From NCBI RefSeq assembly GCF_003428155.1, contig NZ_QLIR01000004.1, positions 90,001 to 122,000 on the forward strand: a DNA stretch of 32,000 nt. The letters run 5' to 3'. This DNA comes from Fastidiosibacter lacustris. GTDB lineage: Bacteria; Pseudomonadota; Gammaproteobacteria; Francisellales; Francisellaceae. The notes beneath the pieces were generated by a model, which saw nothing but the letters and a program-made list of their open reading frames with translations, searched no databases and was not told the DNA's origin. Shown here piece by piece: positions 10,570-19,214 of this stretch. The translations under genes and the position numbers were made by a program. Numbering within the stretch: position 1 is the first letter of the stretch; the number at the start of each line of letters is the position of its first letter.

Positions 10570-11322
10570 ATGGCCACGATTCACACACCTAAACAATATG
10601 CCGAAATTTATAAAATCTTGCAAAAACATGACAACTCCAAGCAAATTATAACCCATATCCAAAACACTATTTTGCCCTATATTGAAAAGCAGTATTTTCT
10701 TGATATTGGTGCAGGAGAAGGCAAAATAACTCAGCATTTTATTTCACAATTTCAAAATAATACAGCGATTGAACCTAACTCTAACTATACAAAAATACTA
10801 CAAAATTTTCCCCAATTGACTGTCATCAACGATATCTTTCAAAACACTTTTCTGTCACACAAGTATAACTTTATTTTATGTTCTCACGTTATGTACCACG
10901 TTGCAGAGCAAGAATGGGAAAGGTTTGTTTTAAAAGCCTATGATCAACTTGAAGAAAAAGGTAGATTGATGTTTGTAGTACCCTCTGACCAAGGTGTGCA
11001 TTATGATAAATGTATCAGCTATAACCCATATTACAAATGCTATAAATTATTGAAAAATATTGCACACAAATATGAGATCCCCTATCAGGTTACAATTGAT
11101 AAAGCATTTTATAATACAGAAACCTTGGAAGAAATGTATCAAATTTGTCGCTTTTCTATCGTTGAAGATAGCTTTAATTATGACATGTACCAACAGTTGC
11201 TTAACAATGGCATAGCTGAATTTGATAGAGATGTGCTAAATTATGCAAAAAGTACAAAAATTAACGATACACTTTATTCACTTGTCATTCATCCTGCTTT
11301 TGTTACCTTATACAAAAGTTAG
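10570..11322 (+). CDS. Class I SAM-dependent methyltransferase
   Basis: YFLDIGAGEGKITQHFISQFQNNTAIEPNSNY motif I, FILCSHVMYHV, LEEKGRLMFVVPS. Confidence 0.8.
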   Translation: MATIHTPKQYAEIYKILQKHDNSKQIITHIQNTILPYIEKQYFLDIGAGEGKITQHFISQFQNNTAIEPNSNYTKILQNFPQLTVINDIFQNTFLSHKYNFILCSHVMYHVAEQEWERFVLKAYDQLEEKGRLMFVVPSDQGVHYDKCISYNPYYKCYKLLKNIAHKYEIPYQVTIDKAFYNTETLEEMYQICRFSIVEDSFNYDMYQQLLNNGIAEFDRDVLNYAKSTKINDTLYSLVIHPAFVTLYKS

Positions 11323-11575
11323 CCCATCAATATTGAGAGTCGTTACAAGTCAATTTTCGTTATATTTTACTCTTGTTTTCAACTACCTTGTTAATCCCTA
11401 TTGAAATCAAAACCTCTTGTCTCACACCGTTAACCACGTTAGCCAACAAAACCGTTAGAATGACCCGTTTTAATGACTTGTTGATAGTAAATTTAGTGCA
11501 AAGGCTGTTATGGCTTGTAAAAGGAGAGCAAATAGAAACCAGTAATTTTAGTTAAATTATTACGGTTACTAAGGT

Positions 11576-11594
11576 GTATAAAATTAATTTATAC
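11576..11594. promoter_or_regulatory. Palindromic site upstream of the large lipoprotein gene
   Basis: GTATAAA-attaa-TTTATAC, perfect 7-bp arms, about 30 nt before the ATG. Confidence 0.3.
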
Positions 11595-11623
11595 TATCGC
11601 TGGATTAAATTTTAACATGGATT

Positions 11624-14600
11624 ATGGAAATGGTTATAAAAAAGTATTTTGCATATTTATTGGGGTGGGTTTTTCTTTTATCAGGCTGCGGTGGTAGCGG
11701 TGGCGGCAGTGAGGATGTATCTGCAATTAAAATAAAGCAAGGTATAGCTTTGCCAGATGTGATAAAACAAGATAGTGAAGCAATTGGTATTGTTGAGATA
11801 GGTTATGAAACAAATCGTGATCAATTTACGATTGCAACCAAGAGTGACAGTCAGCGTCTTATGATTGATAAGGATAAGATTAAACTGGAAGGCGAAGGAG
11901 TCAGAATAGCTTGGGACTTGGTTAATGATTCATCCTGTGTTAACAAGGAAAGGCAGTATGTTGAGCGCAATGGTAGTTGTAATTTACCTATTCAGATTAA
12001 CAGTCAAAAGCTCGGTGTTCATTCGATTAACTTACAGGTGACCACGCGTGATGGCAAGACAGCAGAGCAATCATTTAAGATAGAGGTGGTAGAGCCATTT
12101 TCACCTAAGCTTGGTAGCAGTGCTATGATAGTCAATTATCTTGATCCTGTCCTAAATGGTATATATGGTCATAGTGATAGATCCGTTTTGCTATACAATG
12201 CGGGGAATAAATTAAACAATGTGCGCGTTCTGGATAAAAAAACTAAATTAGTGTTACATAGGGCAGTTGAATTAAAAGCCGGTGAATTAAGTAAATTACG
12301 ATTTGATGGACAACTGGAGTTACCTTTTGGTCTGTCTCCTTCATTAGATATTATGGCAGCAAACTTGCGTGAGAATTTCAAAGTGAATTATTTGCCGCAT
12401 GATTGGCTAGCAACGCGTGTTAATCACCTTGCAATTACCAAACCTGGGCAAAGTAAACTTGCATTTGAGGTTTTGCAACCAGGTTTTGAAGTGGTGGAAA
12501 TAAGTTTTGACTTTGAAGGTAAGGGTGTAGCGTTAACTGATAAGCCATTCACCGAAGACGACACATTAGAGTCCAAATTATATAATTTTACTTTCTCAGT
12601 AGCAGATGATGCTTATGGAGCGGGGGACTTGACAGTTACATTGCGTCGTGATGGGCACGATGTGGAATATAAAAGTAAAGTTACTGTTCAACCGATTAGT
12701 TTAAAAGTTGAAGCAGCAGATGAAGTATTACGCGAAGCTGGACAACTTTATACAATAAAGGTTACCAATCAATCGGCATTTAACTGGTCAATTTCACAGG
12801 ATAAATTTGAGCTTGGTGGATTAGCACCTCATGCAATGTGGGATAATACAGTTCTTGATAATTGTCGTGATCTATCTTACTTGGCAGCAGGTGGAAGTTG
12901 TAATTTACAACTAAAATATACTCCTGATGTTAATAACTTGCGTACAGGCAATTATGCGTTGAAGATAAAAGATGATATAAGACTTCCGAAAACGCAAAGT
13001 GTAGATATCAAGGTGATTCAAGGGAATCAGAAGTTGCATGTCTATGCACCTGTAAAGCTGTCTGAAAATGATTATAAACTGGAGATTTTTAATAATGACA
13101 GTAAGAATGTTGATGTCACATTAATTGGTAATAATCTTGATTTTATCACGGCTCAAAATTGTGGTCTTATAAAACAAGATGATAGTATTAAGGTAACAGT
13201 GTCTCAAACAAGCTTATGTACAGTTGAGCTTAGAAAGTCAGATGTCAACACTGAAGCAACATTAGAGTATGACAGTGAAAATGGTAGAGGTAAGTACTAT
13301 TTCTTACAATCAGAGCAGTTATTGTATATCGATGGTAAGGCAGTTGTTGTTTATGATGTCAATAAATATGGAGAATTTATAAGGATTGATGAAAATCAAT
13401 ATCCTGTGAAAATTCAGAAAGTACAAGATATTGTGGCAAAAGAAGATGAGCTATATATTGCAACAGATGTTCCGGGTGTGTTGTATCGCTATAAGGATAA
13501 TACGATAACTGAGTTTATCCATATTCCAGACAATAGTTTTATTCAGCATATTGAAAAGGGTGCAGCAGATGATGTTTTAGTGGCAGTATCTTTTAACCCG
13601 TTTGAGGAGCAAAACAATTTCTGGCAGATTAATTTGCAGACTCGAAACGTTGAGCTAATTGCCAGCTTTTCAGGATATATCAATCGTATTAAAGGAATTG
13701 AAGCAAATGAGTTTCATATTGTTGGTACGGATCTTATCTATAACAATCAGACATCAAATATACTGGTTTTAAAGGTTGATAAAGACAGTAGTAAAAGTGG
13801 TGTAATGATTCCTCCGCTTCCGGTTATTATGCAGAGCGGACCGATATTTGATGTTGCTCACACGAAGGATACTTATTATGCAGCCAGTATTTTTGGTGAG
13901 CATTCTGGATTGATCGAGCTTCCTTATCCTTTGGATGCCAGTAATACTGTGAAAGCGCAAACGGTGGTGATGGACGATACATTTTATAAGGAAGGAGGAT
14001 ATGTATCACAAGTAGATGCAAGTATTGAAGGAGATGCTGTTTATGCCTATGGCTGGCTGAAAGACAATCAATACGTTTTGATGCAAAAGAAACAAGGTCA
14101 AGTTAAGCCTATCCCATTGAGTAGCTATATAAGATACATTGTGCCTATGTCAGATGGGCTATATTACAGTGCAACTGAAAGTAGTGGGAATAATCATTTT
14201 ATTTCTCGCTGGAAGAATAAGGAAGAAGAACAAAAAATTATGAGTCAAAACTTTACTATTTCAACAACAGAAAATGTGTTGAAATTGAAAAGACACCATC
14301 AGGAAGTTGTTTCTTCGAATGCATTTTCGGTATTATTGCCTGCGTCGTTGGAGATAACAGAGCGTAAAGAGCATCTATTACAAGCAAAAGAATTTGTATC
14401 TAGAAATATGGATAGTCATGCAATAGATTATGTTTGGTCAGGAGAGGTGGGGGTGTTTAACCCAGATGCAACAAATCAAGCAAGCATTAACTTGACTGCA
14501 CCAGCTTTTAACCCAAGAGAGAACAATCAATATAATGTTAAGCTTTTAGCAACTTTGGATAATGAACAGCAAGCGCTAGAGACAATAGTAGAAGTACTTG

Positions 14601-17600
14601 TGGATCCAAATCTTAAAGGCAGTGTAGCGATTAGTGGAGATACTGAGGTTACAGAGAATAACGAAGTGACATTGAGCGCAAGCTATAGTGCCCCGAGTGA
14701 TTCACCTGTACGTTTACCGAAAGCGGATGGATATAGCTGGACTGTACCAGCGGGTTGGAGCGTGGTAGGCGCAAGCAATCAAGCGACGCTTACAGTAAAA
14801 GCGCCGAACTGGAGTGCGACTCTTACAGCGGGATCGTTTAGTGTGACTGCGACGGATGATGCGAATATTACAACGGATAGCTCAGTAGCGCATGGTGTAA
14901 CGGTTAAGCATGATACGAACTTAAAAGGCAGTGTAGCGATTAGTGGAGATACTGAGGTTACAGAGAATAACGAAGTGACATTGAGCGCAAGCTATAGTGC
15001 CCCGAGTGATTCACCTGCACGTTTACCGAAAGCGGATGGATATAGCTGGACTGTACCAGCGGGTTGGAGCGTGGTAGGCGCAAGCAATCAAGCGACGCTT
15101 ACAGTAAAAGCGCCGAACTGGAGTGCGACTCTTACAGCGGGATCGTTTAGTGTGACTGCGACGGATGATGCGAATATTACAACGGATAGCTCAGTAGCGC
15201 ATGGTGTAACGGTTAAGCATGATACGAACTTAAAAGGCAGTGTAGCGATTAGTGGCGCGGCTGAGGTGATTGAAAATAACACGGTGACATTAACCGCGAA
15301 TGTAACAAATCTTCCTGCTGGTAGAGAGATTCAAGTGGATGGATATGACTGGAACTTACCAAGTACCTGGAGTGTTGTGGGAGATAAGAATAAAAAGGAC
15401 ATTACTATAAAAGCTCCACGCATGACTTTAGATCAAAATATAAGCAATATAAATGTTGTAGTAGACGCAACGGATAATGCAGGTGTAAGAACATCTTTGG
15501 CTGTGAAGCGAATGACTATCAAGCCAGATCACAACCTTTTGACGGTAGATGCAGGTTTTGGTGATAATGCAATAGAAGGAAGTACGAAGAATTTGGCTGC
15601 AACGGTGAGTGGAAGCGGTACTGCGCCGTATAGCTATCTTTGGACAAACAATCAAGGTATTACTATTACAAATGCAAATCGAGCGTTCTTTGCGATGTTT
15701 ACAGTGCCTATCCTTACAGCTCCCAATGAAGACTACACCTTTACGGTGACGGTAACAGATGCGGTAGGTAGACAAAAGAGTGCAAATGTAACTTACATAG
15801 TAACGCCAGATAACAACCGCTTGCAGGTAAGTGCAGGTACTAATGGTTTTGTACAGGAAGAAATCGAACAAGCGTTGAGTGCAAGCGCAAGTAATGGTAC
15901 TGCACCGTATCAATACAAGTGGACGACAACAGATGGGGTTAGCATTACAAATCAGAACGCCCAAAATGCGACATTTAAGGCACCTACATATAATGCAACT
16001 GGTAATAATCGCTACACATTTAATGTGGAAGTGACTGATGGAGTTGGTAGGAAAAGAACCGCTGTGGTGACTTATGATGTTGAGAAAGTCACAATTAATA
16101 TCACCAAGGTAGTAGCGCTTCCAAGCGTTATGATGAAGGGTGTTAGCTATCCTTTTACTTATGAATTTAAAAATACCTCAAAGGTTGCTATAAAAGGAGT
16201 CCACGTAGAGTATGATGGTAGTTCGGGCGCTGTTACTAATACTGTTTCACATGGCTGTAGAGGGGAGATGGCTATAGGTGGATATTGTGAAGTAACTGGT
16301 GTATTCACACCACGAAATTTACGTACAGCGATGACACGTTTTAGATTGGGATACAATCAAGGTATGGGTAGAAAGTTTGTTTCTTCACTTGATCTAAGTG
16401 CTGTCTACGGTTTAACCACCCCAGTTGCCCCTGTATCAGGCAGTGTCACTTCATCCAGTCAGCAATGGCCGGCTAGACGATTTGAAGAGGCGACTAACAG
16501 TATTGGTCAAGCTTGTAATGATGCGGTATATGATAAATTAACAGGATTGATGTGGAGAAAAGATGGTCGCAATGGCTCGACATCATGGAATGCAACTTGG
16601 CCTACTGGGACAAGTGAAGGATCCACGTGTGGTTATACTGACTGGCGTCAACCTAATCTAAATGAACTGCGTAGTTTGGTGAATTATGGTCATCCAGGAA
16701 CCCCCGCATCATGGTTAAATGCCAATGGGTTTAATAATATTCAAAGTGAGTATTGGACAACTACGGAATATGGTCCTGACAATACTAAAGTGTGGTGGAT
16801 AGATATGACTAACGGTCAATTAAGTGTAGCCGCTAAGAGCAATAGATCTTATGTGATAGCTGTTCGTGAAGAGCGCCCTCCGGTTACAGTTACGACAGTA
16901 ACGCCAATTCCAGAGCAAACGGTTGTGGGTGAGAGCTATCCTTTTAGGTATGTTGTTACTAACTCTGGTGTATCTTTTGCAGTTGGTGCACCTGTATCAG
17001 CTTTAAGTATAACAGGGCAGCATACTGATAATGGGACTGTACAATTAAATTCTGGCAATCGAACATGTGAAGATAATATGGTATTAAACTTCAATCAATC
17101 TTGTGAGGTAAGTGGTGTATTTACGCCATCCACCCCGGGTGTGCAGAATGTCGGCTTTTTAGTAAAATATAATTTAGGTCTAGGTGGTAGGTATAAAAAG
17201 ACGACTAGTACAGTCACCACGGCTAAATCTAAAACCTCCCCAATTGCGCCTCAACCAGATGCAGCTACTTTCCCGAATCATCAATGGCCTGAGGGAAGGA
17301 TTAAATACTTGGGTTTCTGTACTATGATGGGCTCTGGAGGAATCCCTGTATATAGATGGTATGATAACTTAACAGGTTTAACGTGGCACGTGAGTTTTAG
17401 GTCGATTATGTGGCAGGAGAGCAATAATATTAGTAGTATTAGTACTGAGAATAATTGTGGTGCGATGACAGGTTTGCGGTTACCTACCGTAAATGAGCTA
17501 CAAAGTTTAGGGAACTTTGGTTATGCGGGAACTCCTTTTGTATGGTTAACTGATGTCGGGGGCAGTGGTTTGGTTGGGACTTATTGGACAAGTAGCCCTG

Positions 17601-17704
17601 TTGCGCTCTCAAATACTCATGTGTGGGCAGTTGATATGACGAATGGTAAAGTAGTTGAGAAGCTAAAAACTGATTCTGCTTACGTGATACTTGTTAAGGC
17701 TTAA
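11624..17704 (+). CDS. Giant predicted surface lipoprotein with Ig/PKD-like repeats and two C-terminal Lcl/DUF1566-type domains
   Basis: 2026 aa; signal peptide with lipobox FLLSGC followed by GGSGGG; ASH-like C..L..G.SC......P motifs; five roughly 95-103 aa repeats (DxNLKGSVAISG...); two WPxxRF...DKLTGLMW...CGYTDWR.PNLNELRSLVNYG...YWTTTEYG...VWWIDMTNG modules. Confidence 0.85.
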   Translation: MEMVIKKYFAYLLGWVFLLSGCGGSGGGSEDVSAIKIKQGIALPDVIKQDSEAIGIVEIGYETNRDQFTIATKSDSQRLMIDKDKIKLEGEGVRIAWDLVNDSSCVNKERQYVERNGSCNLPIQINSQKLGVHSINLQVTTRDGKTAEQSFKIEVVEPFSPKLGSSAMIVNYLDPVLNGIYGHSDRSVLLYNAGNKLNNVRVLDKKTKLVLHRAVELKAGELSKLRFDGQLELPFGLSPSLDIMAANLRENFKVNYLPHDWLATRVNHLAITKPGQSKLAFEVLQPGFEVVEISFDFEGKGVALTDKPFTEDDTLESKLYNFTFSVADDAYGAGDLTVTLRRDGHDVEYKSKVTVQPISLKVEAADEVLREAGQLYTIKVTNQSAFNWSISQDKFELGGLAPHAMWDNTVLDNCRDLSYLAAGGSCNLQLKYTPDVNNLRTGNYALKIKDDIRLPKTQSVDIKVIQGNQKLHVYAPVKLSENDYKLEIFNNDSKNVDVTLIGNNLDFITAQNCGLIKQDDSIKVTVSQTSLCTVELRKSDVNTEATLEYDSENGRGKYYFLQSEQLLYIDGKAVVVYDVNKYGEFIRIDENQYPVKIQKVQDIVAKEDELYIATDVPGVLYRYKDNTITEFIHIPDNSFIQHIEKGAADDVLVAVSFNPFEEQNNFWQINLQTRNVELIASFSGYINRIKGIEANEFHIVGTDLIYNNQTSNILVLKVDKDSSKSGVMIPPLPVIMQSGPIFDVAHTKDTYYAASIFGEHSGLIELPYPLDASNTVKAQTVVMDDTFYKEGGYVSQVDASIEGDAVYAYGWLKDNQYVLMQKKQGQVKPIPLSSYIRYIVPMSDGLYYSATESSGNNHFISRWKNKEEEQKIMSQNFTISTTENVLKLKRHHQEVVSSNAFSVLLPASLEITERKEHLLQAKEFVSRNMDSHAIDYVWSGEVGVFNPDATNQASINLTAPAFNPRENNQYNVKLLATLDNEQQALETIVEVLVDPNLKGSVAISGDTEVTENNEVTLSASYSAPSDSPVRLPKADGYSWTVPAGWSVVGASNQATLTVKAPNWSATLTAGSFSVTATDDANITTDSSVAHGVTVKHDTNLKGSVAISGDTEVTENNEVTLSASYSAPSDSPARLPKADGYSWTVPAGWSVVGASNQATLTVKAPNWSATLTAGSFSVTATDDANITTDSSVAHGVTVKHDTNLKGSVAISGAAEVIENNTVTLTANVTNLPAGREIQVDGYDWNLPSTWSVVGDKNKKDITIKAPRMTLDQNISNINVVVDATDNAGVRTSLAVKRMTIKPDHNLLTVDAGFGDNAIEGSTKNLAATVSGSGTAPYSYLWTNNQGITITNANRAFFAMFTVPILTAPNEDYTFTVTVTDAVGRQKSANVTYIVTPDNNRLQVSAGTNGFVQEEIEQALSASASNGTAPYQYKWTTTDGVSITNQNAQNATFKAPTYNATGNNRYTFNVEVTDGVGRKRTAVVTYDVEKVTINITKVVALPSVMMKGVSYPFTYEFKNTSKVAIKGVHVEYDGSSGAVTNTVSHGCRGEMAIGGYCEVTGVFTPRNLRTAMTRFRLGYNQGMGRKFVSSLDLSAVYGLTTPVAPVSGSVTSSSQQWPARRFEEATNSIGQACNDAVYDKLTGLMWRKDGRNGSTSWNATWPTGTSEGSTCGYTDWRQPNLNELRSLVNYGHPGTPASWLNANGFNNIQSEYWTTTEYGPDNTKVWWIDMTNGQLSVAAKSNRSYVIAVREERPPVTVTTVTPIPEQTVVGESYPFRYVVTNSGVSFAVGAPVSALSITGQHTDNGTVQLNSGNRTCEDNMVLNFNQSCEVSGVFTPSTPGVQNVGFLVKYNLGLGGRYKKTTSTVTTAKSKTSPIAPQPDAATFPNHQWPEGRIKYLGFCTMMGSGGIPVYRWYDNLTGLTWHVSFRSIMWQESNNISSISTENNCGAMTGLRLPTVNELQSLGNFGYAGTPFVWLTDVGGSGLVGTYWTSSPVALSNTHVWAVDMTNGKVVEKLKTDSAYVILVKA
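14610..15227 (+). repeat. Near-identical tandem duplication, period 309 bp (103 aa)
   Basis: Copies at about 14610-14918 and 14919-15227 encode NLKGSVAISGDTEVTENNEVTLSASYSAPSDSP(V/A)RLPKADG...VKH with a single internal V/A change; the next copy begins identically, then diverges at about 15255. Confidence 0.9.
16466..16872 (+). other. Lcl/DUF1566-type domain 1 (within the large lipoprotein)
   Basis: WPARRFEEATNSIGQACNDAVYDKLTGLMWRKDG...CGYTDWRQPNLNELRSLVNYG...YWTTTEYGPDNTKVWWIDMTNGQL...YVIAVRE. Confidence 0.75.
17285..17701 (+). other. Lcl/DUF1566-type domain 2 (C-terminus of the large lipoprotein)
   Basis: WPEGRIKYLGFC...YDNLTGLTWH...NNCGAMTGLRLPTVNELQSLGNFGYAGTP...YWTSSPVALSNTHVWAVDMTNGKV...YVILVKA. 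Confidence 0.7.
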
Positions 17705-17733
17705 TAAAAATTAATAAATGCTAGGAATATAAT

Positions 17734-18300
17734 ATGAAAAACATTCAGCATAGAATAATAAAAAAAATTGGCTTGCTTTCAACCCTGCTTATTTTCTTGG
17801 GAGTGGCAAGTCAAAGCTTCGCTTATGATGTTGTGATCCAAGCGGATGATGCAGCATTTCGCGGTGATGGACAATGGCCAACCCCTAGGTTTGTAGAGGC
17901 AATTGGAGCAGATGGTGTGCCTTGCTCTAGTTTACTACGTGATAAATTAACGGGTTTGACATGGCGAAAGAATGCTTATGAGGGTCGCACAAATTGGCAG
18001 GGTGCAATGAATTTTGCAGCGAACTTTGCAAAGGATCATCCTATTTCTGCGTGTGGTTATACGGACTGGCGCGTGCCTAATATTAATGAGCTTCGAAGCC
18101 TAGTGAATTATGGCGCTCAAGAGCCAAACATATGGTTAAATGCCAATGGGTTTAATAACTTTCAAGATACTGCTGGTTATTGGACAAGTACGGAATATGG
18201 ACCTGACAAAGATCAAGCCTGGCTCGTGGATATGGGAGAGGGTGGCACTTTTTTCGCTCCTAAGCGCAATGGACGAGCTTATGTAGTGATTATTCGTTGA
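17734..18300 (+). CDS. Small secreted Lcl/DUF1566-domain protein
   Basis: 188 aa; Sec signal peptide ending ASQSFA; GQWPTPRFVEA...DKLTGLTWRK...CGYTDWRVPNINELRSLVNYG...YWTSTEYGPDKDQAWLVDMGEG; SD AGGA. Confidence 0.85.
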   Translation: MKNIQHRIIKKIGLLSTLLIFLGVASQSFAYDVVIQADDAAFRGDGQWPTPRFVEAIGADGVPCSSLLRDKLTGLTWRKNAYEGRTNWQGAMNFAANFAKDHPISACGYTDWRVPNINELRSLVNYGAQEPNIWLNANGFNNFQDTAGYWTSTEYGPDKDQAWLVDMGEGGTFFAPKRNGRAYVVIIR

Positions 18301-18410
18301 TTAACAACGGTCATTGAGTCATTTGATGATTTATTTTAATTGCTTTGTAAGTAAAAATTGAAACAGAATAAATAGGTACAAAAATCGATAGAGTTTTTAA
18401 GGAATATGCG

Positions 18411-19016
18411 ATGAAAAGCATTCAGCACAAAATAATAAAAAAAATCGGGATTGTTATGACCTTGTCCATGACCTTAGGCATTGGTGAGTATAGCTTTGCG
18501 GCGGCTATCGTTCAAGATGTCAAGCCAGGTGGTATGGGTTTTGGAGGATGGCCAAATCCCAGATTTGAAGATGCAGTTAAGGCAGATAGTACACGTTGTG
18601 CTGACGCAAAAATAGATAACTTAACGGGGTTGATGTGGCAACATAATGCTAGAAATGGTGGACATACTTGGCATCATTTAACGAACGCTGCTACAGGTGC
18701 CAAAACATGTGGTTATACTGATTGGCGTTTACCTGACTTAGGTGAAATGTTAAGTTTAGTGAATTATGGAAGCGCTGGTACACCAAGAGATTGGTTATTG
18801 GGTCAAGGATTTTTTTATGACATTCCAGGGGATGCTTATTATTGGACAAGTACAGCAAATTCGCAAAACAGTAATCAGGCGTGGCTTGTTGATATCATGA
18901 ATGGCAGTACACGAGTACACAATAAGGGTAGTTATGAAGTCGCTACTTCTCCAACAACAAGGTACACCTTTGCCTGGTATGTTCGTGGACCCAAGAATCC
19001 GCATTTGATTTTGTAA
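18411..19016 (+). CDS. Small secreted Lcl/DUF1566-domain protein (second paralog)
   Basis: 201 aa; signal peptide MKSIQHKIIKKIGIVMTLSMTLGIGEYSFAAA paralogous to the upstream gene; DNLTGLMWQHNARNG...CGYTDWRLPDLGEMLSLVNYGSAGTP...YYWTSTANSQNSNQAWLVDIMNG; SD AAGGA. Confidence 0.85.
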   Translation: MKSIQHKIIKKIGIVMTLSMTLGIGEYSFAAAIVQDVKPGGMGFGGWPNPRFEDAVKADSTRCADAKIDNLTGLMWQHNARNGGHTWHHLTNAATGAKTCGYTDWRLPDLGEMLSLVNYGSAGTPRDWLLGQGFFYDIPGDAYYWTSTANSQNSNQAWLVDIMNGSTRVHNKGSYEVATSPTTRYTFAWYVRGPKNPHLIL

Positions 19017-19055
19017 TTATGTTTATGACGTTTTTTGTATTTAAAGAAGGGGAAT

Positions 19056-19160
19056 ATGATCGATAAATGCACACTAGTGATTTGTTTTGCATACTTTTTA
19101 CACAACTATAAACATTTAACAGCATTATTTAGCATAAGCCACCTGATTTACCTAAAATGA
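19056..19160 (+). CDS. Candidate 34-aa small hydrophobic ORF
   Basis: ATG preceded by GAAGGGGAAT; MIDKCTLVICFAYFLHNYKHLTALFSISHLIYLK*; below the track length cutoff. Confidence 0.25.
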   Translation: MIDKCTLVICFAYFLHNYKHLTALFSISHLIYLK

Positions 19161-19214
19161 ACCGCGTATTTACCGATATTGGTCATTATAGGAACTTTAT
19201 AAAGGACAGCTGAC

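Noticed and set aside
11373-11555. 60-aa ORF downstream of the methyltransferase
   Set aside because: No start context or family motif recognised; could be a remnant but unsupported.
14610-15260. CRISPR-like or short direct repeat array
   Set aside because: The period is 309 bp, the repeat is in frame and encodes an Ig-like domain; no short repeats with unique spacers are seen.
15428-15964. Long minus-strand ORF (178 aa, Cys/Ile-rich) inside the giant lipoprotein
   Set aside because: Antisense of a repeat-rich coding region; its odd composition matches the complement of Thr/Ala/Asn-rich codons rather than a real protein.
16466-19016. Diversity-generating retroelement (DGR) hypothesis for the lectin-like Lcl/DUF1566 modules
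   Set aside because: C-type-lectin-like domains can be DGR targets, but the window has no reverse transcriptase ORF and no adenine-variable template-repeat pair. A DGR elsewhere in the genome cannot be excluded from this window.
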